A stretch of DNA of 64,000 nucleotides. It comes from Vermamoeba vermiformis. Its lineage: Eukaryota. The notes under the pieces are model-generated. The model did not search any database and was not told where the DNA came from. It was given only the letters and a program-made list of their open reading frames with translations. The stretch lies in contig JBEWZL010000272.1 in the NCBI GenBank assembly GCA_045837725.1, positions 186,001 to 250,000 of the forward strand, read 5' to 3'. A program made the translations under genes and the position numbers. Position 1 is the stretch's first letter. The number at the start of each line of letters is the position of its first letter. Shown piece by piece: positions 1 through 11,734 of the stretch.

Positions 1-52
1 GGTAAGAAACTTATTAGTATTGCCTTAGAATCGTTCTGATTTATTATTCTAG

Positions 53-1235
53 GTCAGTTTGATATTCGAATTGTGTTCATGAAAGCAATTTGCAAGAACA
101 ACTTATGGGCCTTTCCTATCCACCAGGTGGGGCGTGCACTAAATATAAAGCAACCGAGAAGCTTTACGCACTTTTTCAACGCCCTGGCACAAGTTGAATC
201 GTTTGCGCAGGAAGTAAAGCGTGCTGCTCAACCAGAGGAGATTGTTCGACACTTTCCAATATTCCCCGAAAATCCAGAGCCAGGAAGAAGGTCTGCTAAA
301 GAGCCTAAGAGTGATCAAAACACAGGCAACAATAACACAAACTCGGGGAGTAGCCGTCAACATACGTCTTTCAAGCAACAATTTTTGCCAAATTTGGAAG
401 GAACGTTGAAGGATGTGAGAGAATTCGAAGAGAATTGTTATTCTGCTATTTGGAAGCGCGGAGATGAAGCCGAAGACGTGTTTATCATCACAAAGACTGC
501 TTGTGACACTCGTGAGATCGAATTTTTGAAGGAAAGCAACTGTCGAACGATTGTCAAGCTGTTACACTCAGAAATCAACTCACAAACCGAAGGTATTAAT
601 TATTATTTATATGCCTCACATGTCAAGTTACACTAACCAGTTTAAAGATGAAGTTACGTACACGTTAGTATTGCCATTTTTGGAAGTGGAAGATTTTGTG
701 CCCTACGGACTCGTTAATCACCTAACATTTGCTCGCGATATTCTCGAGGCGATAGATCATATCCACACAAAGCATATAGTTCATCGAGATATCAAACCGG
801 GCAATATTGGACGATCGCTAGATGGAAATTGGATCTTGTTCGACTTTAACAACGCAACAAGGTTATTAGAAGAAAATAATTACAGGTCATTTAGTGAAGG
901 TGTTGGCACTGAAGATTTTATGGCTCCTGAAGTCATGAAAGTGGATCCGCAGCTTGGTTATGATTGTAAAGCGGATCTATTCAGCTTTGGCAAAGCATTG
1001 TTAGAAATGTGTCAGACGAATTCGGTAACTAATATTGATATACTTTGGTGGTATTTTAACTTCGTATTAGAGAAAATTTTATGCCCCAATCCAGCTAATC
1101 GCGGATGTGTGCACGAGAGCTGATCCAAACCAGCGACCAGAAATCAGCGACTTGTTGCAGTTTGTGCAACTTAATCTCGACAAAGTTATGTTGAAGAAGG
1201 AAAAGCAAGCTGCGAAGAAAACAATCTCTGATTAG
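53..1235 (+). CDS. Ser/Thr protein kinase, 5'-truncated by the window edge; possibly a CR-type nuclease-fold+kinase effector
   Basis: Spliced exons ~53-592, 641-1050, 1095-1235. Kinase motifs HRDIKPGN, DFN, GTEDFMAPE, ADLFSFG and C-terminal DPNQRP. An Asn/Ser-rich linker precedes the kinase, as in the gene at 57-60 kb. Confidence 0.8.
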
Positions 1236-1270
1236 GGGCGTGGACAACGTTTTCGAAATGCTGCAAACTC

Positions 1271-1682
1271 GCACATGTGTTCTGTTGGTATGCATTCAAG
1301 CTACTCAATGGTAAGGCACTCATATGTTAAACTTTTTACGATGTTATCTTCTGCTCTGACTAAATGTTGGTTGCAAAATAGCGGGTGCGGATCCAACGAT
1401 CCGAAACAACAAAGCTGAAACACCGCTTGATTTCGTTCCTGAACTCTTAGAATACTGCAAAGATATCTATCCGACATTGAATGGAAATAATGCGCACAAT
1501 ATTTTGCAACTCTGTATAATTCTGTATGAGATGGAACACACTGGCAGAAAAAATAAAGAAGCACGCGCACTCCGTCAACAAATCAAAAGACAAAGCTTTA
1601 GAACTTTAATTTTTAGTATGGCAGGAATTATTAACGACCAACAATGGAAGCAACGAAAGTCGAGTTGGTGGACGACATCTGG
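1271..1682 (+). repeat. Copy 1 of a ~410-bp segmental duplication (copy 2 at 6483-6901): orphan last exons of an F-box/ankyrin paralog, the intergenic spacer and the first 13 codons of the next gene
   Basis: Near-identical by eye to 6483-6901 with a few indels. Encodes VFCWYAFKLL|GADPTIRNNKAETPLDFVPEL with no upstream gene body. Confidence 0.9.
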
Positions 1683-4600
1683 ATTTACATTTTCAACTTC
1701 CTGTCGCTGTATGAAAAAGCCAAATTGTCCCAGGTAAATAATTGTTATCGATGTATTAGTAAATAATAATTGACTTTTTTGTTTCGAATAAGCAGAAATT
1801 ATTTTTGGTCGTTGAATCCACTTATGCGCTCATAATTAACCTTATTAAATTTGAAGCAGTCCGTATGTTATATTTATTAACAATAATAGAAAATTAGTAC
1901 GAAATTAATTCGGTATCAATAGATCTCGAAGAGGTTGCAATCTATATTGGCCAACCCTTCAACTTGGCCAGTCATCGAGATAGAAATAACAAAAAAGTCA
2001 TCTCCTCCGTTCCATGAGCGTCTCTTTTGGAATTTTTTCGCCAGGTGTTGCACATCTGTCGTTGATCTGAACCTCACCGTGCAGTATTCGTCGATACAAA
2101 AGTACATTAGCCAACCGAATGTACGAGCAATATAATTCGCTTATTTTTGAATTAATACTGATGTTTTTTTACCAGCACTTGCCCGCTTCTATGATCATGA
2201 ATCACATCTTTTCGATCAAAACTCTTCGTAGACTCAAAATCGATATGAGCGTTATGAAAAAATTGGATTCATTTAAATTGACAAAGCAGCCAGCGTGTCA
2301 AGATCTGCGACTGCTCAACTTGGAAGAGTTTGTCCCATTCGCTGATAATGAAACCGAGGCTCTGGTGTTTTCTGTGAGTATAATGTAGTTAAGCATAATA
2401 TTAATATATGAGTATTTTGCTGTTTTAATTAAGTTGTAACACGAAATGTCATTTTCGTAGGGACTTCCAAATTTGGAGGAGCTTTATTTGCCCCAGGTTA
2501 AAAATATCAGTAATTTGAGTCACTTAAAGAAGCTGAAGCGATTAAAAATTGCACAATCAACTTCTCACGAGCAAATCATAGATCAGATCCCGTCATTAAA
2601 ATACTTGCTCTGCGACCAAATAACCGCCAATGCAAATGACGTTTTCAGCAAGTACGTCTCCAAGTATCGAGAAACGCTGATAGTGAACGGAGCAGTATTT
2701 GAACGACTATTCGAACTGTCGTTGGATCAAGTCAAATTGTTGGCACCGCTCATCACTCCGTACAACTCGAACAAGCCTTATTTGACTTCACTTATGGAAC
2801 AAATATTTTATAACGAAGAGATACTTGAGTATTTGGTGAAAGAAGTAGGCTTGGATGTCAACGGAGAGTAAGTAACGGTTGCGGACCGGATCTGCAAAAC
2901 CGCTTATTTAAGCGTAATATCCTGCGGTATCTCGAAAAAATTAATATGCTTGGATATGACTGCTAGATACTAAATGAAATGTTTTAGGGATTTTCTGAAA
3001 TATCAGTATCGACCGCCTTGTACAGGAGCCAATGTATGTGCCGTTGATAATTTTGATTTTCACTAAAGTACCATCTTTTAGGACTATAAAAGTTACGTAA
3101 TTCCAACATTTTCCTATCCCATTGCTCCAACTATAATCAGCGGAGCAATCTCGAAGTTTTCAAAGTTGGTGGAGCTTGGTGCAAAACCAGATCCGGGCCA
3201 AAAAAGTTTGTTGAGTCATGTCGCAACACTTCCGTTATTACTCAAAATGCTCGAACTTGGTGCCGATCCAAATTTACCGGTTGATGATGCAGGCACTCCA
3301 GCGTTTATGGCGTTAATCAGCAGCATGCCAGGTAAAGATTAAAATTAATTAATAGAAATAACTAGTGCTAATGATGAATTTTAGATTCAACGGATCTCAT
3401 TTCAGCCCTTATCAAGGCCAATGTCGACATTAACTACGAAGATCCGAAGACAAATCAGACTCTTCTTGAGGTACGGACCAAAATCATACTGAATTAATGA
3501 ATTCGCGGAAATAACCTGAATAAATAGAGAGCAATCGTCTTCAAAAGAAATGAGGCCGTGAATGCATTATTGGCAGCAGGCGCAAAGATCGCAAAACAAT
3601 GCGTCACACCTCTCTTAACGAACATGCCAAGTACACTAGTACGCTATTATAATTATCTGAATGGAGTATTTGAAATGTCTAATGTTCATCTACTCAGTTC
3701 GCAGAGCTATTGAAATCTCAACGGATCAGTCCTGGCATGATCACGATGAACGACGCCGTCATTGCCATTCATGAAGGCTTAGCCCCCGATCTGTAAGTAC
3801 CGTTGAAGCTCATACCAAACCCAATTAATATTCTTTATTTGTAGGGCAGAATATTTTAAACAAAATAGAGACGTGCGCGATGAAAACGGATTGACGCTGC
3901 TGCATCGAGCAGTGTTGATTACTTCTAACATTAAAAAGAAGAGGCCTCTAATCGAAGGATTGAACAGACCAGAATTCACCAACTATCAACTTATTGGCTC
4001 TTCATTCGTAAAGAAACCCAGCAATTACGCGTCAGAAATACAGTCGTACTCGTCACCCTTGCAATTACCACAAACAGCCGTATTGCCCTTAGCCAATTCA
4101 AAGTTCGTATTTGCAAGCACAACGCCCTTGCAGCCTGTCGCAGATGTACCAGGATTCAACTTTTCCAATGTTCCGTTAGAGCTGCCCTCATTCTCATTCA
4201 GCAAACCAAACAAGTCAGATGATACTAAATCCAGTGCTATTAAGTCCTCTGGCTTCACTTTTTCGGGCATTCCATTGGAGCTGCCCTCAGTTGGCAGTCC
4301 GACAGCCGTGAATGAAACCAAATCGGGCACTACCCCGAAGTCGTCTGGATTCAGTTTCAACACAAACAGACCCCTAGAGCTGCCTTCTCTCTCGTTCAGT
4401 GAACCAAACAAGTCAGTGAACAGTCCCGCCAGTACGGCTTCGTCACTTGGAGGATTCGAGTTTGCAACTGGTCCACTATCATTTGGCGAGAAAAAGTCCG
4501 TTGAGACCAAGCTTGATACTACTACAACTCCATCGAGCGCTACCTTTGGAACTAGCAACACCGATGCCCAACAACTGCCGTTGTCATTTGGCAATCCATC

Positions 4601-6736
4601 AAAGTTCACCTTCTCTTTCGGAGACAGTCAATTGGTATCATCGCCAAGCTTTGACTCTTTAACACATTCGAAGAATTCAGCTTCGCAACAACAGCCCAAG
4701 CCCAGGCCAACGATTGTTGCTGGCGTATCACCGGCGCCTTCTGGAAGCTTACGTGGCATTCGGCATTGGCTAGACAACTTTGACTCGCTAATTGAGCTGC
4801 TAAAAATTGACGTTGATGTCAGAGCTTCATTTGGCGAAACACTGCTGCTTCTAGCGTGCAAAGCCAAAGTTGATCAAAGCGCCAAGTTGAAATACGTTCA
4901 GTCGCTACTTCATCACGGAGCTGATCCGAATGCTTGCGTAAGTGAACCATCATTATGGCTACATTTAGAATAACATCGATGTTTAGGATAATAACAAATG
5001 GACGCCACTTCACGCGGCATGCTACTTGAGCGAATGGCCTGTCGTGTTTGAACTGCTCAAGTATGGAGCAAACATTAATGCACAAGACTCGCTTGGCATC
5101 ACACCACTCATGGCGGCACTCTACGGATTCAAACACAATCTTGAGTTCCTTTGCAATGAATTCGAAGACTATTTTGCAAAAGTACTGACGGAATACTCAG
5201 TTGACTTTTCGTTGACCGAGAAGACAACAAAACGAACACTTCTTCATCTTCTGTGCTGCGTTGCAGGACCTGACATCGTTGTGCCATTTGCTAAGCACAT
5301 GAACGTGAACGCAAGGTATGCTATCGATGAACGTTGTGACACTTTTGACACTTGATGACAGGGACGCGTCAGGCTTCACACCACTTCACTACGCAATCTT
5401 GTTCGCAAATGACCAACTGCTCGAACCATTGATAAAGTGTGGAGCAGATGTGAATGCACAAACAACATCGCTCAAACTCACGCGTAAGTTGAACTGACCA
5501 ATGGTCGCCTCTTGTTGCTTTTTACGAATTTCTTTTTAGCCTTAATGCTCTTCTTGAGTCTGTTCCTACCCAGTCCGTATGGATCATGCCTTGCCAATTA
5601 CAGCACTCTACTGCGCAGTCGATTCAGCTCCACCACCGTTGAAGTGTAAGTAACGCAATATAGACCACAAATGTTGTTCTAACGGACAGTGTAGCCCTTC
5701 ATCGTGGCCACGTATGCAAAAACCTGAATTCATCAACCCACCTTGGTACTCGACCACACCTTATCCTTGGTAAGTTTAAACGAGATAAAAGTAATTATTG
5801 CTAAACGTTATTAACAACAGGTGGCCTGCTACAGCGAAGTGCGGAGTAGTGATCGACATACTTCTGCCGAAATCAGATCTGACATTAAAAGACGTTGCGA
5901 ATAATAACGTGCTTCATTTGGTAAGTCAAAAACCAAACGCTAAAGTCAACTTTTGGTAATGTTACATACGATAGTTGGCCACGTGCGATACATACTACCA
6001 CACTTACCTCGCGAAATTTCCCGAACTAAGCCAGCTGCTGAGTCAATCGAACGATGACAAACTGCTGCCCGACATTCACCAGCCCATTTTTGACTTAAAT
6101 ACACAGCCAGAAGAAGTTGACTCGTTGGTAGCATGCGTGCGAAGGGTACGTTAGGACTGACTTTAACTGAAGGCTAGTGTTACTAACGCGATCTATTCAG
6201 ATTCTAGAAGACGCTAGACGTGTAAGTATCATAGCTAATTCGAAAGATTATGTTTTAATATGATTGCAACAGGCCTGTAAAAGCGATTTGCACGAGCGAT
6301 TTAACGAGCTTCTTGCACGAACAGGTACGTCAAAAGTACTTCTTTTGCTCCTGTCTTAACGTTTGTTAGACGTTAACTACGAGCGCGACCCACACGGCAA
6401 CACAGCACTGCACATTGCATGTCAGTTCTTTCATCTCGGCGTGCTGGACTCTCAACACGGCAAACTCGACAATGAACGTGAAGCACGTGTGTTCTGTTGG
6501 TATGCATTCAAGCTACTCGATGGTAAGGCACTCATATGTTAAACTTTTTACGATGTTATCTTCTGCTCTGACTAAATGTTGGTTGACTAGCGGGTGCGGA
6601 TCCAACGATCGGAAACAACAAAGCTGAAACAGCGCTTGATTTCGTTCCTGAACTCTTGGAATACTGCAAAGATATCTATCCGACATTGAATGGAAATAAT
6701 GAGCCAATATTTTTTGCACTCTGTAATTCTGTATGA
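1644..6736 (+). CDS. F-box - LRR - ankyrin protein with FG/FxF-repeat insert, copy A (multi-exon)
   Basis: Exon 1 MEATKVELVDDIWIYIFNFLSLYEKAKLSQ|ISKRLQSIL...W is an F-box. LRR-like LPNLEELYLPQVKNISNLSHLKKLKRLKI. Ankyrin motifs GADPN, DSLGITPLMAA, DASGFTPLHYA, DPHGNTALHIAC. FSF/FTF/SFG-rich region at ~4100-4630. The exons I traced splice in frame to TGA 6734-6736. Confidence 0.85.
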
Positions 6737-6901
6737 GATGGAACACATGGGCAGAAAAAATAAAGAAGCATGCCTAATTTTACACTCCTAACGTCAACAA
6801 ATCAAAAGACAAAGCTTTAGAACGTTAATTTTTAGTATGGCAGGAATTATTAACGACCAACAATGGAAGCAACGAAAGTCGAGTTGGTGGACGACATCTG
6901 G
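6483..6901 (+). repeat. Copy 2 of the ~410-bp segmental duplication (3' end of copy A, spacer, start of copy B)
   Basis: Matches 1271-1682; identity ends right after the ...GACGACATCTGG (DDIW) codons. Confidence 0.9.
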
Positions 6902-9900
6902 CGACGAGTTTTTGCTTTACTTCCGGTGACCCAAAGGGCTCGATGCACTTTGGTACGTAAAATTACAAATTAAAACTGTTTATCCTCGCGTAGTTTTACG
7001 ATCTGCTGAGTACTTATTAATTTAAAATTAATTTCTTAGTAATGTCGACTAACCAAATAATACCAATAAAATGCGACAAATATTAGCGTTTAATTTATAC
7101 TATTACCAAAAATTAAAATATTAAATTCAGGTGGCAAAAAAATGGCGCGATCTTATTTTGCATCCGCTTGTTTGGCGCTCTGTAGAAGTCTCTTTTAGCA
7201 ATTTTAAGCACATTTCCCGTACCCACGTAAAAATTGGCACAATTTATTACGAGAAAGGTGCCACCAAGAGCGCTTCCATCCAAATAGTGCGAGAGCAGCT
7301 ACGCACATCCGGTTTCTTTTCATTCTTCCCAAAGATCAGCTCTGCAATTGTGGACCTAAATATCAGTGTCTATATTTCCGAAGCCAACTACGCGGAGATT
7401 AAGCAATTGGACGCAATCTTCCAAATCCGCACTCTTCAACGATTCAAATGCAATTTTCTGTCAGATCCATCGACCCGCATAGATTTGTATTCTTATACTA
7501 CAACAATGGTGCCAGCATGCAAAGACTTGACGTTGCTCAACATGTCCCCTCACAATTGTGTGTCCATCGCTCCCGAGTCACGTCGTACTGTTTTCTCTGT
7601 ACGGTACTATCGTAATTGTATATCATATTGCTTATTTTGTACAAAATAGGGAATGCCTAATTTAGAAGAATTTTACGGAGGATACGGGGAACCATTTAGC
7701 GCGGATCAGATCGCAGACTTGAAGGCGCTGAAACGTCTTTATCTGATCAAGCTCACATCAAGCCCGCATCAAGTCATTGACGACTTGCCTAATTTGGAAT
7801 ATTTGATATTAAAGAACGAAGATAGCGTTGGCCGTTCACTGATGGAGTCGTTGGATCAACCTTCAGTTGGCGGACATCACTTGCTGAGAAAATACAAGAA
7901 CACGTATATCATCTTTGCAACTATATTCGATAGAGTGCACTTGTTGAATAGCGATCAATTGAACATTTTGAAGCCTTTATTCACGACCTACACCCTTGCT
8001 GGTCAAGCGTTTTTGAGCTCTATCGTGGCGCAAAGCGAGACATTCACGAACATCGTTCCATCATTTTTCATTAAAGAACTAGGCTACGATGTTAATGGAA
8101 GGTAAGTAAATTGAAAAGAGTCAATTGAAAAGTTGAATTGAATCAATTTTAATTTTTGCAGGGACATTCCGGAGTTCCCTTATCGACCTTCATTCGCTGA
8201 ATCAATCCTTGATGGCCTCGTAAGCGACAAATGCAAATTAAAAATCTTAAAGTAAAGTGCAATTACTAAGCTATTAATAGGACCAATTTGTGTCGCCTAT
8301 CGACGTCGCCGTTTGTTTTTCCAAATCATATGCCAAAGTCAAAGAATTGATTGAATTCGGGGCCGATGTTGATCCACCAGAGCATTCATTGCTCTATCGT
8401 CGTATCGAAGTCAATGAGGCACTGCTGCTACTACAACACGGAGCAGATCCGCATCGTATTGTGGACACCGATTGAACCCCGGCATACGCATACTTACTTC
8501 ATTCATTGTTGAACAGTTCAGGTATATATTATTATAGGAAATGATCACATGACCTAATTATTTTTAGATCCGTACTTGGTCGTTGAAGATCTAGGCAAAA
8601 AAGGCTGCGACTTTAATTACATAGTCCACGATTACACCTTACTAGACGTAATATATAACTACTTATTGATTTCTTCCGTAACTCAATATTCTTTTAATTA
8701 AGCACGCCTTCACTGCGGGATTCCCGAAAGTTGCAGAGTTAATGTTGGATTACGGAGCTAAGTGGGAATGGACCGATCGCGCCAATTTCTTCGTTCAAAA
8801 TAATACACAACAAGTATAATATATATATTTCTTTATATTAAGCTCGTAACTTACTGTGATTTAATATTATTATAGTTCCACGAGATGCTCAAGAAAGGCA
8901 AAGTTGATATCACGAACATGCCTTTGGACGCTGCTTTATTCTGTTGTGGTCACAATATGGCTTATTTATTGTAAGATATACGTGCAATATTGTAGCGATT
9001 CTAATGTTCACATCTCATGCGCTTAGGGTCGATTACTTCAAGGACAAAAGAGATTCTTGTAATCTACATGGATTGGGTCTGGCACATCTGATTGCGTTAA
9101 ATCCCCAAGGCTCGGAGCAGGTCGAGATTACCAAACCGAAGTGGAGATCAACGAAAAAATTTGATCGATGGGTCGTTGTTGCTGACACTGTCACACTGCC
9201 AAGTTTCAACTTCTCGTCGAATTCATCGACTTTCAATACAAGTGGCACAAATACATTGGCTGAAACCAAACCAGCTACGACTGGCTTTAATTTTTCAAAT
9301 CTCTCAATGCCGTCGTTTTCTTTTGGCTCCACAAATGGCTCAACCGCACCTTCAAACAACCCTGCTCAGAATCTCCCAGCGTTCTCGTTCAATTCAAATA
9401 GCGGTCCTCTTACTTTGCCAACGCCCTATTTAAGCGCAGCACCTCCAACTCCGAGCTGGAATTTCTCGTTGAAAAGCACGAACGAAACACCTGCACAGCC
9501 AACATCTTCATCGCCGCCGTTGTCTTTCACATTGCCTGTCACTAACGAACCCAAGTTCTCATTTGGCACCGCAATCCCACCGCTCGATAGTACAGCGGCG
9601 TATGTGCCTTCACCGGCGAAATTGCCACCGTCAATTTGGTTCGACTTTGATGCGAACAAAACTGAGGAAGAAAAACAAAAGATTACTAGTACTTCACCTT
9701 CAGAAGGCTATTTTTTCTTGCCTAATGCTTGCACTTGGTCACAAGACTTCACGGAAATCTTCATCAAGCAAGTCAAGATCGATCTCAATACTGTTAATGA
9801 CAATCAATACTCGCCCTTGCAGTTGGTGATTAAGTGCGACTTCAACAAAGCTGTTAAACAACGTCGTGCGTTATTATTGCTCGAACACGGAGCAGATCCA

Positions 9901-11576
9901 CACTATCAGGTGACTATCTTTCGCATATAAATATAAGAATAAGTACTAACGCATCTTCAGAACCCTTTAACTAAAGAGACGGTGTTATCTAAAGCATGCT
10001 ACTACGGCTTGTGGGACGTCGTTTTTGCATTGCTGGACAAGTACGAAGTGAGCCTCACAGTGACTGACTTGATGTTTGCCATACTCGGACACAAGCACAA
10101 CGATATTGATCCACAGACAGACTTCGTTCCGAACTTTAGCCGTTTGTTGACTAACTATTCGCACTTCGACGCAACTCGGGTGGCTTATCTTCTTGCGAGC
10201 TTAGGAATAGAAGAACTCATATGTCCATTATTGGATAAAATTTATGTCAATGCGAGGTACGTTGCAAAATATCGTAAAAATGACGTTTGACACTTTTGAC
10301 ACGTTGACACTTACGAAATTATTTGGCTTTTTGAAGTGCTCAATTGGCGTTTAAAATGACTTGTTTGACACTTTTGACACTTGATGACAGGGACGCGTCA
10401 GGCTTCACGCCACTTCACTACGCAATCATGTTCGGCAATGATCATCTGATCGAACCACTGATAAAGTGTGGAGCAGATGTGAATGCACAAACAACATCGC
10501 TCAAACTCACGCGTAAGCTGATCCAGTTCTCAGCTGTTTCTGACCCATTTTGACCTGTTTTTCTTCACAGCACTGATGCTACTATTGCACATCACAAATC
10601 CCAACTCACCGTACAAGTGCTACTTGCACCACTACGCCACTTCGCTGTTCGGCTCGTTCAGTGGCATGACCTCAATCAAAAGTGGAGCTCGTGCAGATCA
10701 ACCAAACATGTCACGTGCTCGACCATTCACGTAAGTTTAGCCGCTAGTTTCGAATGCACTAATACTGAGTAGCACGCGATTGAAAAATGTTTCTCAAATG
10801 ATAGAACTGTTGCGCTCAAAGTCAGATCTAAGTTTGACTGACCGATTCGACAACTCCGTTCAGCAACTCGTAAGTAGGCACACAGATATTGACTACTGAA
10901 TATTAAGATGTTACTATTAGCTCGACAATGGCCCCATAAACACATCTCTGCGCCAAGCAGACGAACATCCGCCGTTGCTTAAGTTCATTAAAAAGGTTTG
11001 TACTGCCCTGCTGATACCTACGTTAGACTGACGCTATGTCCTGCAGTTGTTTGAGAACACTCATGAGCTAGTTGATTGGATAGCAGTGATTGAATCGTAT
11101 CTAGAACCCAAAAATGAGAACAAGATTGATTTTACGTGTTTTGACATTTTTCTGGCTCCTCCTGCAGATGACGCTATTATTCACGCACGTGATGCACACG
11201 GCAACACACCACTTCACATTGCATGTCAGTTCTTTCACACCGGTGCTACTGACTCGATGTTTGCGTGCCTCGAAGATGAACACCAATCAGCTCCGTATTG
11301 TCTTGTTGCATTCATGCTCTTGGAACGTAAGTGATTGGTCTCATAGTGATTGTTTTGCTATCACTATCTGCGTGCTAAATTATTTGGTTTTTTTCAGATG
11401 GAGCAGATCCAACACTGAAAAACAACAAAGGTGAAACACCACTCGACTATGTTCCTCATCTGAAAGAACGATCAATGAATGAATACAAAAAGCTTCTCAA
11501 AAATGCGTCGGCAGCTATTAAGTATAACCTGAAACTTAACGAGAGCAAACATACAACTGGATTTCAATTCAATTAA
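6863..11576 (+). pseudogene. F-box - LRR - ankyrin - FG protein, copy B; one in-frame TGA at 8473-8475 (recent pseudogene, readthrough or base error)
   Basis: MEATKVELVDDIWRRVFALLPVTQRARCTL|VAKKWRDLILHPLVW. Exons are colinear with copy C. GADPHRIVDTD*TPAY aligns with copy A DDAGTPAF and copy C IDGQTSPAY. Downstream exons stay open to TAA 11574-11576. Confidence 0.7.
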
Positions 11577-11734
11577 AGAAGTTAAATTAATTGATCGGAT
11601 CCAGCGCTAAAAATAAATTCAATTCACAATTAGAAAAATCTAAGACAAACACGCGACGCACGTTGAAATGCATAATTTTGACAATTGCTTTATGTTCGTT
11701 TGTCCTTGTCGCACGGCAACTAATCTTTTCGCAA

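Noticed and set aside
1477-1737. 86-aa ORF running from the orphan tail across the start of copy A
   Set aside because: Arises from indels in the duplicated remnant; the frame is not preserved in the second copy (6483-6901).
4025-4609. Long antisense or alternate-frame ORFs over low-complexity exons (also 18119-18514, 19989-20303, 14235-14723, 52540-52908)
   Set aside because: Shadows of biased codon usage on the real coding strand, with no recognisable motifs.
3873-4973. FG-rich ORFs (also 8944-9930 and 13868-15109) as stand-alone nucleoporin genes
   Set aside because: They are bounded by splice sites, contain ankyrin motifs at both ends and splice in frame to F-box/LRR/ankyrin exons.
8473-8475. 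Genome-wide TGA reassignment
   Set aside because: TGA appears to end other genes (6736, 24851), Trp is encoded by TGG in conserved motifs, and I saw only this one internal TGA.
10286-10390. TTGACAC repeats as a CRISPR array or MITE
   Set aside because: Units are 7-9 nt with no unique spacers and no terminal inverted repeats, in a eukaryotic intron. Kept only as a possible recombination motif.
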